A stretch of 59,601 nt of DNA, filler included, from Nemertoderma westbladi (Eukaryota > Animalia > Xenacoelomorpha), in the NCBI GenBank assembly GCA_032718475.1. It is 2 parts of 2 records of this genome, joined end to end, with 100 filler letters (N's around TTAATTAATTAA, not from the genome) between each part and the next. Parts side by side here need not be neighbours in the genome. Positions count along the whole stretch, not along the records: positions 1 to 30,574 come from JAUCBJ010005462.1; 1 more part is not named here. The stretch is one strand, 5' to 3'. Shown here in pieces: positions 1-12,507 of the stretch. Every line of letters starts with the position of its first letter. Positions within the stretch are counted from its first letter, which is position 1. Under the pieces are notes generated by a model. That model was not told where the DNA came from, made no database searches, and saw nothing but the letters and a program-made list of their open reading frames with translations. The position numbers and the translations under genes are program-made.

Positions 1-49
1 AATTGGAGTAGGCAGCGACGCTCGCTAGCCTGAATATAAACTCCTTATA

Positions 50-1360
50 ATGTGGATAAACTCATATATAGCAGACATGACGGAGTTGATGGAAGATGTT
101 CTTGGTATCGGGGAGCGATATACTCTACTTTTGCAAGCGTTTGTTGATAGCTTAATACGCGGCGACGTTAGTCCAACTGCTGCGGAGGACGATGGTCGTT
201 ATATCGAACCGCCAATGTCCCAAGAGCAGCTCACGCGTGAGTTGGACTATAGAAAATTCGCTGCTCGATATACGCGGCGTAATGGTATGTATATGGGCTT
301 CTTAACTACTGGTCATCCTATCGATTTACACAATACGGACTATGTCGACTATATATCCTGCCCAGCGGAGTCGGAACCATAAACGGAAATTCGAATGCGA
401 AAATTCTATTCGAAATCGACTCGAAAGAAAAGACACTTAAGAAACAAATGGACGCGGTAACTCCAAAGTATATTTGGAATTCTTGATAGAAGCATTGTAA
501 CAACAAATAAATGTCACCCGCGTTTACCCTACCAGACGTGCGTCTTTGGTATTATTACGATAAAAGCCCTAGACCCAAATAATAAACGGAAAGACATAAA
601 CATCCATGTAAACCGAAACTTGTTGACGTATCACCTATGCTCACTCGGCTCGAACGATCCTGGAGTAAACCTACGATCAGAGTCCCGGAATACTCGGTCA
701 AACCTCCTCATTCCTTAGTTGGACCTCAGACCTGCGATCCTGGTGGTGTCGCGGATCCTCGCGGACGGTATTCACTGTTCAAGATCTAGTGCTACCCTAA
801 CAATTAATCGGTAACACTCCGACAGTGATTTCTAGCTAGCCGCCCATCTTACCTAGCTGGATTATGACGCAGACACCTAATATCATTATCCAATCGTATG
901 GTCGTCCCGTTTAACGCGATACAACCCTTCATCAAGGTGAAGGAGAGCGTTGTACGAAACGAGTTAAACGCTATTCTATAAAGATCAAAAAGGAAACCTG
1001 CGTTTGTTCAGATAAACGTAAGTTATAACAGTAAGTCCAATCGATAAACGAATTGGCCTTATCTCAATTCGATTGGGAAATCCAGAATCTCTAAGAAGTT
1101 ATCGAACTTGGACGATCCTATTCTCTGCGAGAGTTTTTGGATGAACGTATCCAGCTACGAGCGGAGGAAAATCAGCTCGAGGAGAAGCATATCGAAACGG
1201 CAGATACCCCGACCACAATCCTACACCTTCTGATGCAATCATATTGCACCCTTCACCCAGGAGTTATGGCCCTCCTAGTAAAGTGGCTCCCCCCAAAGAG
1301 AAAAAGACTCTTGCTAGCCTCAAAAAACTGCGTAAACGCCGTCTGCGTAAGAAAGACTAA
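50..1360 (+). pseudogene. Degenerate 3' accessory ORF (ORF2) of a BEL/Pao-like LTR element
   Basis: N-terminus MTELMEDVLGIGERYTL...PPMSQEQLTRE is nearly the same as the ORF at 49983. C-terminal frame PSDAIILHPSPRSY...KKLRKRRLRKKD* matches 51139-51272. The middle has stops and is not alignable to the other copy. Confidence 0.7.
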
Positions 1361-1438
1361 CTGTTTAGAGTATCTTTATGTTTTAGAAACTGTGATTTTT
1401 ATATTTTATAGACTGAAAATCCCATTTTCTGGGAGCGG

Positions 1439-2667
1439 TGTAAAAGCTTTTACTGAATTGTCCGGTTATTTTTCCTTATTTTTCCCGTAAAGTACTCTGT
1501 AGTTGGTTTACCAGGCATAAAAAGGCCGTGTCCTTGCTGTACTGGTGTTTTAGCGGACATAAGAGCTATTTCTTCTGTATTTGTACTTTAGAGGACATAA
1601 TCCGTAATTCCGTGACGTAAAAGCACGATACTCTTGAAAACAGTGTCGCTACCATGACGACGGCTAGCAGCTGATATTGCCACGTCGACGTTTCTTTGTT
1701 TCTCTGTTCTCTCGTTGTTCAGGTTGACCAATCAGAGCGTTTGTTATCTCTGTGTTGGAGGTATATACAGAAACTCAGTAGTTCAGTGTTATTGTTTTTG
1801 TCCAGAGCCTAAGAACCGGCTTTGGCACCTCCGTGTTTTAGTTTTTAGTCTTACACTAGTAGGTTTAATTATAAAGGGCATATATCCTTTAACGCACCTA
1901 CCTGACTCATGGAATCACTGCATACTGATGACTGATGTCTGCATACTGCAGTACTGCATACACTGCATACTGTGTAACATTGTGCATACCTTTATATTGT
2001 TATACTGCTATTTACCGTCAGTTCTTCATAATATGGTTGATGAATAATTATATTTGGAATAACGATAAACAACCCCGAAACCCAATGTTCTTGATATACC
2101 GAAGGTAAGAGAGAAGGGTTACAGATAAACGATTGTGACTTATGTTAAAGTGGTTTGAAGTGAATCTAATGTTATTTGATAGACCCTACATGAGCCAGTC
2201 TGTGTTCCTTATATATGTGACTAAAATCAGTGAAGATCGGCAGATTAGTGTGCAGTATTGTGCAGCATTGTGTATGAGTGAGTCTGTTAAAGAAGCATTC
2301 CTAAAGAATGCGCCATATATGTGAATTATAATTAAGCCATATCGTTGTGAGTGGTTTAAGTCATAACTCTGTTTATATAGATAAAGCGCCACGTCCTAAA
2401 GGAACTGTTAATATTCCCGAAGGTGAATAATATTGTCAGAGATTATATAATACTGTCAGTCGAATAATACATTAGGCTTACATAGCAATAAAATTAAACC
2501 GTCGAACCCAATCTCCCGGGAATTTCCAGCGGGTGAATGGTCGCGCACGGATTGGTTTCGACTAGTGTAGTGAATCAAATACTTGTCATAGACTAAAAAC
2601 TGATTTAATATCTAGAAGACATCTTAATTTGGTGGGTTAAACTGCCAAAGGTCTGAAAGCGCGAACA
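1439..2667 (+). mobile_element. 3' LTR of a BEL/Pao-like element related to the one at 40275-52579
   Basis: Starts TGTAAAAGC after CCCATTTTCTGGGAGCGG and ends GCGCGAACA, the same termini and ~1230-bp length as the LTRs at 40275 and 51351. Shares an identical 39-nt block (2377-2415 = 41182-41220). Confidence 0.88.
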
Positions 2668-3301
2668 AACTAGTGGTCCAGATAACACATATCCAGTTTC
2701 GTAAAATTTTATCGTGAAGTCTATGTCCAAATGAGTTATTTTCGTATAAAAACATCTGTTTTCAGCGGTTGTCATGGTAACTGCAAAATTAAACAATGAA
2801 ATTCGGACGCAGAATAACTCATATAGTGGGGGTAGGGGTTGGTCCCAAGACATAACACCTTCTCCTTAGGCTTCAAATTAACATTTTGTAAATTTTAACA
2901 TCTGTCTAGCCCAGTTGCCAAGGCAACTGGATTTTCTATTGAACCTCAGTCGGCTCTGCTATGGACCTTATAGTTGAGTTGAGAAACCCCAAGTATATAT
3001 GTATTATAGTTTTCCTACAAATAGAGTTATAAATATTGACTTGAAATACATAGACTTTTTTCTAAGTCCGTTGCCATGGAAACCAGATTTTTCCTGGATA
3101 TGAGACACAGCCCAAAAGATGCGCCTCGACGAGTAGTATATACATGCAAAATTTCAGGGTACTTTTAAAGGCTAGTTTTTTCTGGAGTCAAAAAAAAACT
3201 AATCTGCTCCATACAAGTAAAATAGCCCACTATGAATAGACAATCTCAGCTAAGGAAAATCTTTCTTAGCGAAAGTAGTTGATTTTCCTTAGCTTCGTGG
3301 A
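2668..3301 (-). mobile_element. Non-autonomous Helitron/Helentron-like (HINE/DINE-1 type) element, copy A, interrupted by the LTR element
   Basis: Matches 4107-4739 and 5510-6143. Begins abruptly at AACTAGTGGTCC directly after the LTR end. Confidence 0.7.
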
Positions 3302-3448
3302 TTCGCAATAACCAATATAGGGATTCGAGCTTACAACGATACAGACCGTTAGGGGCACAGGCGCTGTGGGATAGCCAGCAAGTACAATAGCATGGCTAGT
3401 AAAGTAAGTGCAAGTTATCAATGACCCCAACTCTGACCAGCACATATG

Positions 3449-4739
3449 TACGAGAAAGGCATTTCCTAAAGGAAATGCAACCACGAAGCTAAGGAAAATT
3501 AAACAAACGGCCACACTTTGGTTCGTTGCTTAGCCTCGTTTAGTAGCAATTCTCAATAATTAACTTCTATTCCCATGGAAACTAGAGTTCTCTGGAACTG
3601 TTGCTTTAACCTTTGAAAAAAATTCAGTCCAGATTGTGGTTCAGATAACACATATACTGAGTTTCAGAAAATATTGTAGTTTATGTCCAAATTACCGATT
3701 TTCTATCAAAATGCATCTGTTTGCAGTGGTTGTCATGGAAACTGAAAAATAGAACAATGTAATTCGGATGCAGAATAAGTCATATAGTGGGGGTAGGTGT
3801 TGGTCCCAAGTCATAATACTATTAACTTGTGCTTCAAATTATCATTTTATAAATTTTTACATCTGTTTAGCCTGGTTGCCATGGTATCAGGATTTTTTAA
3901 TTTACCTCAATCTGCTCGGCTATGGTTGAGGTGACGCCTTGGTGACGCCTTATAGTTGAGTTGAGAAACTCCAAGTTTATATATATTGCGGTTTTTCTAC
4001 AAATAGAGTTATGAATATAGACTGGAATGATATAGACTTTATTAATATACAGTTACCAAGGTAACTATATATTTCTGGAATGATTTGAGTTTCACTAAAA
4101 GTTCCAACTAGTGGTCCAGATAACACATTCCCAGTTTCGTAAAATTTTATCGCAAAGTCTATATCCAAATGAGTAATTTTTGTATAAAAACATATGTTTT
4201 CAGCGGTTGTCATGGTAACTGCAAAATTAAACAATGAAATTCGGACGCAGAATAAGTCATATAGTGGGGGTAGGGGTTGGTCCCAAGACATAACACCTTA
4301 ACCTTAGGCTTCAAATTAACATTTTATAAATTTTAACATCTGTTTAGCCCGGTTGCCAAGGTAACTGGATTTTCTATTCAACCTCAATCGGCTCTGCTAT
4401 GGACCTTATAGTTGAGTTGAGAAACCCCATGTTTATATCTATTATAGTTTTCCTAGAAATAGAGTTATAAATATTGACTTGAAATACATAGACTTTTTTC
4501 TAAGTCCGTTGCCATGGAAACCAGATTTTTCCTGGATATGAGACCCAGCCCACACGACGCGCCTTGATGAGTAGTATATACATGCAAAATTTCAGGGTAC
4601 TTTTAAAGGCTAGTTTTTTCACCGGTCAAAAAACACTAAATCTGCTCCATACAAGTAAAATAGCCCACTATGAATAGACCATCTCAGCTAAGGAAAATCT
4701 TTCTTAGCAAAAGTAGTTGATTTTCCTTAGCTTCGTGGA
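3449..4739 (-). mobile_element. HINE/Helitron-like non-autonomous element, copy B (1291 bp)
   Basis: Minus strand: 5' TC, subterminal repeat CCACGAAGCTAAGGAAAAT with a nearby partial inverted copy, two internal ~0.45-kb sub-repeats, 3' inverted subterminal repeat, hairpin GCATTTCCT-TT-AGGAAATGC, then CTTTCTCGT. Confidence 0.72.
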
Positions 4740-4887
4740 CAATAGGATCGAAACGTAACTGGCTGGCCATCCAGTAGCTCCGACCAATCAGTGACGAGCT
4801 ACGACAAATCATCACCTAGACATGTTCTGATTTGAATTTGGGTATTTATGGCGATGTTTCGTCACGTTTGGCACCTTCTTGATATTT

Positions 4888-6143
4888 TACGAGAAAGGCA
4901 TTTCCTAAAGGAAATGCAACCACGAAGCTAAGGAAAATTAAACAAACGGCCACACTTTGGTTCGTTGCTTAGCCTCGTTTAGTAGCAATTGTCAATAATT
5001 AACTTCTATTCCAATGGAAACTAGAGTTCTCTGGAACTGTTGCTTTAACCTTTGAAAAAAATTCAGTACAGATTGTGGTTCAGATAACACATATACTGAG
5101 TTTCAGAAAATATTGTAGTTACCGATTTTCTATCAAAATGCATCTGTTTGCAGTGGTTGTCATGGAAACTGAAAAATAGAACAATGTAATTCGGATGCAG
5201 AATAAGTCATATAGTGGGGGTAGGGGTTAGTCCCAAGTCATAATACTATTAACTTGTGCTTCAAATTATCATTTTATAAATTTAAACATCTGTTTAGACT
5301 TGTTGCTATGGTAACTGGATTTTCTAATTAACCTCAAACGGCTTGGATATGGATCTTATAGATGAGTTGCAAAACCCCAAGTTTATATATATTACAGTTT
5401 TGCTACAAATAGAGTTATCAATATAGACTTGAATGATATAGAGTTCAATAAACTACAGTTACCATGGTAACTAAATTTCTGGAATAATTTAAGTTTCACT
5501 AAAAGTTCCAACTAGTGGTCCAGATAACACATACCCAGTTTTGTAAAATTTTATCGCGAAGTCTATGTCCAAATGAATAATTTTTGTATAAAAACATCTG
5601 TTTTCAGCGGTTGTCATGGTAACTGAAAAATGGAACAATGTAATTCGGATGCAGAATAAGTTATATAGTGGGGGTGGGGGTTGGTCCCAAGTCATAACAC
5701 CTTGCCCTTAGGCCTCAAATTAACATTTTATAAGTTTTAACATCTGTTTATCCCGGTTGCCAAGGTAACTGGATTTTCTATTTAACCTCAATTGGCTTTG
5801 CTATGGACCTTATAGTTGAGTTGAGAAACCCCAAGTTTATATCTATTATAGTTTTCCTACAAATAGAGTTATAAATATTGACTTGAAATACATAGACTTT
5901 TTTCTAAGTCCGTTGCCATGGAAACCAGATTTTTCCTGGATATTAGACCCGGCCCAAAAGATGCGCCTCATCGAGTAGTATATACATGCAAATTTTCAGG
6001 GTACTTTTAAAGGCTAGTTTTTTCCGGAATCAAAAAAAAACTAATCTGCCCCATACAAGTAAAATAGCCCACTATGAATAGACCATCTCAGCTAAGGAAA
6101 ATCTTTCTTAGCGAAAGTAGTTGATTTTCCTTAGCTTCGTGGA
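4888..6143 (-). mobile_element. HINE/Helitron-like non-autonomous element, copy C (1256 bp)
   Basis: Same termini and architecture as copy B, with scattered substitutions and small indels. Confidence 0.72.
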
Positions 6144-6346
6144 CCCTCTTTCAGCTTCCGTTGTTTTCAACACTTTCGGCGGCACCTTTATACAGTTCCA
6201 GTTCCACTTAAACCTTCAAGGTTTATATATAACGTGTAATTTTAACGAAAAAATTGCCTTTTCATCTCCCGAATTGACTTTCATTGCGCGTTATAAATCT
6301 GAGTACGGATATACTGTAGGATTCCTCCATAACATGGATTTATTGC

Positions 6347-6672
6347 AATCTCGCAAAATAATTGGCTGAGTGTTTAATCGCGATTCTTTAGAATAATTAA
6401 TTTTTACAAATTGGGTTGCCTCCACACCTAAAAATATATTACTTTTAAAACCAAAATCTCCTGTTAATACCTCTGCCTTTCATTAATCCTCAGTGCCCCT
6501 TTGGATTGGGGTGGTGCAGATTAAGACGGATTGAAGACTAACTTACCCTCTTCTTTGATTTATTGACGGTTTTGTTAATTTTCTGAATTAAAGATTTTGT
6601 GTTAGAAACGTTCAATTGTAATTTATATCCCATTACTGAGCCTCGTGGTGCGCGAAGGCCCCACGAACGTGT
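6347..6672 (+). repeat. Dispersed repeat with a terminal GC-rich hairpin (second copy at ~54024-54440)
   Basis: Both places share TCTCGCAAAAT..GGCTGAGT, GCCTCCAC.CCTAAAA..TATTACTTTTAAAAC and ACTGAGCCTCGTG.TGCGCGAAGGCCCCACGA.CGTGT. Confidence 0.65.
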
Positions 6673-6817
6673 TTACAAGGGGTAAAGATTTCCAAAATAA
6701 AGGGATATTTGCCAGTGTTGACGCGGGTGAAGTATTATTTAGAGTTAAACGCCCGTTCCACTACATTATTAAACGCATCCATAAACAGAAACAAATGAGT
6801 ATTGATTGTCCTTTCAG

Positions 6818-6975
6818 AAACGTAAAGAGCTGAAACTGCATTACAACCAATTATTAAAAGACCTCGAGACTTTAAAAAAGAAACAAGATGAATTGTACAT
6901 CAATTTGTTGAAAAAAGATAGAATTCGGCGGGAATACAGACAGAAGCGTTTACTAAGACAGCAAGAAGAAGCTAG
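6818..6975 (+). CDS. Putative exon of an unknown gene (basic, coiled-coil-like: KRKELKLHYNQLL...RQQEEAR)
   Basis: Acceptor-like TCCTTTCAG upstream and donor AG|GTTAGT. The phase-2 junction joins in frame to the exon at 8370. Confidence 0.45.
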
Positions 6976-7099
6976 GTTAGTTATCAGTTAATAATTGGCC
7001 TACGCACATGGAGGGATGGAATATTCACCATTCCATAACGTCATATCAATTTTACTCAAGCTATTGTGTAATATCACTGGTTAGAGCATAGGTATTATA

Positions 7100-8230
7100 T
7101 TACAACTACTAGGTCGAGCGAACTCGGACATTGGAAATGAGATCCTTCCAGGCTTCCCGATTCTCCATAGTTGTCGCAATTCCGTTTCTACCAAGTCCAT
7201 TATCTCTTTGAAGTTGGTCTATATTATATATATCACAGCCGGTTTCCCATGGCAACGCTTGTTGGTTGCTAGAAATGTAGATCTGGTATGACCTCATGTT
7301 TACTTCTCCAGCAGTGCGTCTTGAATCTTCTGTGTTCACGGAGGGTGGTTGATAAGGTGGTATTGTACCATAGAGCTCGGCGTTTGTCATGTGTTGTCTC
7401 CAGCTGATGTTTAGGGCTGCCCTTAGTAGTCTTGTGTAGCAACCATCAATTCGTTGTTCAAGTGATTTAGTCAGTGTCCAGGTCTCACCCCCGTATAAAA
7501 ATACACTTTCCACCGTGGCTCGAAAAAACTTAGTCTTCAGGTACCTGGAGAGATCTGATTTCCAGATGGTATCCATTTTAGATGGAGTTACACATACCAT
7601 TGCTTTCCTTGCTTCTATGTCTTTTTTGCTGCTCTCTATCCATGACCCAAGGTACTGGAAAATGTAAACCGTCCATAGTGGATTATTATCAATTGTGGTC
7701 AAGTTTTCATTAACATCAAAAGTCATGAATTCGGCAGCCCTGTCCACTTTATTTAGTAGAAGCTGTGCATCTGCTAGCGTATTAGATAGCAGGGCGATGT
7801 CATCCGCAAAGTCGGTGTCTGTGACTGTATGTAGTTGCAGGATATCTGCAACGTCACCGTTCTTGTTGTGTGAATTCAAGATCCTTTGTGGCCGTCCTCA
7901 TTGCGTAATCCAATACAATTATGAATAGCAATGGCGTCAATGTGTCACCTTGCAATACGCCAGCCAGGATTGAGGAGACTAAATGGAATCATTTTATTAT
8001 ATATTTTGGCAGCTTCCACAACCAGACAGATCCCACGATAGTTTGTTGGTATGCCGAGATCTCCTTTCTTGGGGAGAGGCTTTAGTTGACCTTTAGTCGA
8101 AATTGGTTGTGGCTTTTCCCCTTTTAACATCCGGTTGCAAACATTCAATAATGGTCTGTTTAGCACTCCTGTTTTCCATACCTCCGCTGGGATTTCATCT
8201 AATCCACTCGCTTTATAATTTGGAATTCTG
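7100..8230 (-). mobile_element. RTE-clade LINE, 3' fragment (degenerate RT)
   Basis: PLPKKGDL..PTNYRGICL, DTDFADDIALLS, FQYLGSWI, SVFLYGGETWTL, RLLRAALNISW; frameshifted and internally deleted. Confidence 0.85.
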
Positions 8231-8369
8231 GTGAATATTCATTCCTCTAGGCTGATTCCTTGTGGGCTTTTATTATATTCTGCTATAGAATCCGTAGACT
8301 GAGAGACCCTTGGATACTATGTAACACGTTTTTCAACCAATAGTCAAAATAAACTATTTCTAATTTTAG

Positions 8370-9180
8370 GAGCAACTCTGAAGCGGCAAAGAAATCATTT
8401 GAATTGAAATCGTCAAACAGGTTGAAATCATTGCCAGAAATAGTAACAGATATAGTCAAATTAAATTCAAGGAAAAATCAAGACATATTTAGGAGAACTA
8501 AGAAGAAGTCATCATTTCTAGAAGTTACAAAAATATTTCCGTCTAAAGAGAGTGACGCCTGTGAAACAAATGAAATATTATCCAATGTGGTGAACACAAA
8601 TCAGCACACCGAGGATGTCGACATGAATCTGCACCGATCCAAAACAAATACAAAACGTGACTCCGGCAACTCTGATAATAACACTGATGATAGTGGTGAT
8701 GGTACAGATAATGACACAGATGATAGTGGTGGTGGTACAGATAATGACACAGATGATGACAAACCCAAAATGGAGGATAAAGATGTTCAGTATCATTCAA
8801 GGAAACGTATTTTAATTAGTATAAATAAGGATAAGGGTGTGAAGACAACACTGAAACTCAATAAAAGCAATCCAAATTACCATAGAATCAACGCAAATAA
8901 AAAAACACACAATTGCAATGTTGTTACTTTTCCATCAATCGATATTTCTGCTCCAAATCGAGAAGGACTGATTGCGTTCGACTCTGGGTGCGCATACGAT
9001 GTGCCAGTGTTAAACTCCGAAGATATACTAAAGGAGGAGGACATTACACCTTATGTAGGGGATGATGTTGGTGAAGATTATACGAGTTGTCATATCAACG
9101 TTAAAACAAACAGGTCAGTACTATTAGGTTTTATAAGACCCAACGAGAATCTAAAAATGATTACTTTGATTGATTTGTAA
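8370..9180 (+). CDS. Putative terminal exon of an unknown low-complexity protein (Lys/Asn/Asp-rich, NDTDDSG repeats)
   Basis: TTTCTAATTTTAG| acceptor, ~270 open codons in frame with the 6818-6975 exon, AATAAA at ~9364. No recognised domain. Confidence 0.45.
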
Positions 9181-9619
9181 TTAATGTATCCAGGAATTTC
9201 TATGACTAAGAACTCAAATAGAAGGCTGATTGAAGTGGTGCACAGAAGCTTTTCGGAAGGATAGGAGCTGTGCTTATTCTTAGTGTTGAACTTGCCCTTG
9301 CTAAGGCTTTCTAAACAAAGAAATAATTCTATACATATCAATAATATTAGCAAATCTATCTAAGAATAAAAACAAATTATGTAGTGTTGAGCAAGTGAAA
9401 TGCCCTACTAATTCCTAACAGAAACACAAATATATATATAGTGCAATTCGAAGACCGACATAAAACGAAAGACCGATTCCGAATTTAAAAATATTTATAT
9501 TATATTTATTTATATATATATATTTATATTATATAAATAAGTCAATAAGTGAGTAATATTATTAGTATAAAATATTATATAATATTATTAGTAGTTATTG
9601 AATAAGTTAGTAATATAGC

Positions 9620-11360
9620 ATTCTAAGGACCGATTGTGGGAATATGTGTCGGAGTTTAAAAAATAATGCGATATTTCCAGAGAGTTTTTTGGATACATGA
9701 AGGGAAGGGTTTTCCAGAATACATAGTTTGTCATCAATTAGGATGCCAAGCGTTTAATGGGTTTTTTATAAAATTTAATTTCAGGATTATTGGTTGGGTT
9801 GCTCTGGTGGGGAAGGGTGTTTGAGAAAATGACATACTCCGTTTTGTCGTAATTAAGATATAGTTTATTACAGGACAGCCAGTGGCCGACTTTAGTGAGT
9901 TCTGAGGAACGTTTCATCTATGAGACAATTTAGAGAGTCGGAGTGGTTGGCTAAACTGGTGTCATCTGCGATTAGTACGGAATATAGTTTGGTAGATGAG
10001 GGAAAATCATTGATGTAAATTAGAAAGAATAGGACGCCCAGGCCAGGGAGAGAGAGACCCTTGGGGAACCCCACAGAGTATAGGCTCAAGGAGAGACCCT
10101 TGGGGAACCCCACAGAGTATAGGCTCAAGGAGAGACCCTTGGGGAACCCCACAGAGTATAGGCTCAAGGAGAGACCCCTGGGGAACCCCAAAGAGTATAG
10201 ACTCAAGGAGAGACCCTTGGGGAACCCCACAGAGTATAGACTCAAGGAGAGACCCTTGGGGAACCCCACAGAGTATAGGCTCAAAGAGAGACCCTTGGGG
10301 AACCCCACAGAGTATAGGCTCAAGGAGAGACACTTGGGGAACCCCACAGAGTATAGGCTCAAGGAGAGACCCTTGGGGAACCCCACAGAGTATAGGCTCA
10401 AGGAGAGACCCTTGGGGAACCCCACAGAGTATAGGCTCAAAGAGAGACCCTTGGGAACCCCACAGAGTATAGGCTCAAGGAGAGACACTTGGGGAACCCC
10501 ACAGAGTATAGGCTCAAGGAGAGACCCTTGGGGAACCCCACAGAGTATAGACTCAAGGAGAGACCCTTGGGGTACCCCACAGAGTATAGGCTCAAGGAGA
10601 GATCCTTGGGGAACCCCACAGAGTATAGGCTCAAGGAGAGACCCTTGGGGAACCCCACAGAGTATAGGCTCAAGGAGAGACCCTTGGGGAACCCCACAGA
10701 GTATAGGCTCAAGGAGAGACCCTTGGGGAACCCCACAGAGTATAGACTCAAGGAGAGACCCTTGGGGAACCCCACAGAGTATAGGCTCAAGGAGAGACCC
10801 TTGGGGAACCCCACAGAGTATAGGCTCAATGAGGACCCCGTGGGGAACCCCACAGAGTATAGGCTCAAGGAGAGACCCTTGGGGAACCCCACAGAGTATA
10901 GGCTCAAGGAGAGACCCTTGGGGAACCCCACAGAGTATAGGCTCAAGGAGAGACCCTTGGGGAACCCCACAGAGTATAGGCTCAAGGAGAGACCCTTGGG
11001 GAACCCCACAGAGTATAGGCTCAACGAGAGACCCTTGGGGAACCCCACAGAGTATGGGCTCAAGGAAAGACCCTTGGGGAACCCCACAGAGTATAGGCTC
11101 AAGGAGAGACCCTTGGGGAACCCCACAGAGTATAGGCTCAAGGAGAGACCCTTGGGGAACCCCACTGAGTATAGGCTCAAGCATTGATTTTGCTGTACCT
11201 GGGCTGACGATTTGGAAGCGGTTGGAGAGATAATTCTTGATCAGATTTAGAGGTGGACCTCGATCCAATCGAATCGAATTCCATAGCACTTTAGTTTCTT
11301 TAACAAAATTTTGTAAGATTTCAAAATTTTGAAGGCCTTACAAAGGTCAAGGTATACAAC
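9620..11360 (-). mobile_element. CR1/L2-type LINE RT fragment containing a minisatellite expansion
   Basis: YLDLCKAF, IKNYLSNRFQIV, GVPQGS, FLIYINDF, ADDT motifs; degenerate. Confidence 0.85.
10052..11180. repeat. 39-bp minisatellite, ~29 copies (encodes EPILCGVPQGSLL on the minus strand)
   Basis: Unit TTGGGGAACCCCACAGAGTATAGGCTCAAGGAGAGACCC; one 1-bp deletion near 10452. Confidence 0.97.
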
Positions 11361-12507
11361 CAGTGGATGCCAAATGCCTGCAGTATGTACTGCAAGCCTA
11401 GTACAGTACCGGCTGACCGGTAGTATATTCCAATGTATTATATAATGCCCGGGGGGGGGGGGGGGGGGGGGCATTTTAAGTTAACTTTGCAGCAAGGAGC
11501 AAGGTATAACCTGATAACTGAATTAGGTTGCAGGCTGAACATTTACAGTAGCCTGAACTTCTATAAAAATGGAAAAGAAAAATACACCAACATAGAAATA
11601 TTGAATTAAATATTCCGCTGTGAAACTGCAAGATAAAGACGTCCTTCTGTGCTTATCTACCTTGATGAGGCGGTAAGGCGCAGTGCCAAATAACGTAGTA
11701 CTACGGTACTACAGGTCACCGGAATGCAGCCGGAATCACTTCGTTAAGTAACGGCCCACCATACTGCACAACAACTAGTGTTACATATATGGGAAAGTAA
11801 ACTACAATGATTTGACATAAGGCAACTTCTTGGGCATGATTCTTGCAATTTCCTAAACATTATTCGTCAGCGCATGCGTCAATATATTAAATGTTCTTAA
11901 TTTAATTTGATGATTTAATTTCCAAATTAATTAATCATCATTTATTAAATTTTCTCCACCGGTGGTTTATTCATGAATTTAAGTCAAAAGTAAATTAAAT
12001 TAAAACAAATTGTAGACAACAATTTGAAACAAAACAAAGTAAAAGTTAAGTAGATCATAGAAAATACAAAGTAAATTTATGTAGATTATTTCCGATATTT
12101 AGAAGGTGGGATACGCCTAGCCTAGCACAATTTATCATACAGTATCAGTTATTGAAATCATCTACCGGTAACAAGGTAAAACCATAGTGTTCTAGAATAA
12201 TCTGGGCCTTGCAACACCGATGTCGTGAACCATGCTACAACAAGCGGTAAAAAATGCCTATTTGGCAATATTTAACATACAGTAACAATCTCTATCGGCT
12301 TTATTTGTCGGTGTGTCGTCTTTGGAATGTCTCTGGATTTACCGTGTGCCAGACTTTGCTTCAGTAGTCCTTGGGTTTAGGTAACCACTTCCCTAATTCT
12401 ACCGGTACTATTTACTTTCAGTTTCTCCATTTCGGTTCTAGGTGGAGGCCTACCCCGGTGTAAAACTATTCTTACTGCAGTTCTGTAGTTATTATTATTA
12501 TTCTTTA

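Noticed and set aside
1137-1490. ORF-track proteins 1137..1490 and 51082..51324 (LLMQSYCTLHPGV...)
   Set aside because: Probably alternative frames of the PSDAIILHPSPRSY..KKD* frame, which shares its stop in both elements; these two ORFs end at different places.
1882-1893. U12-type splice site ATATCCTTT in the LTR
   Set aside because: Not conserved in the related LTRs; no partner site identified.
2605-5695. Repeated MSWDQPLPP ORFs as a gene family
   Set aside because: They lie in the internal sub-repeats of the HINE copies, with variable stops and no domain.
2668-6143. True CRISPR array
   Set aside because: Repeats are ~1.3 kb and TE-like, the context is eukaryotic, and there are no cas genes; only the layout is analogous.
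10007-11233. Long repetitive ORFs (390, 247, 232 aa) as real proteins
   Set aside because: By-products of a stop-free 39-bp tandem unit.
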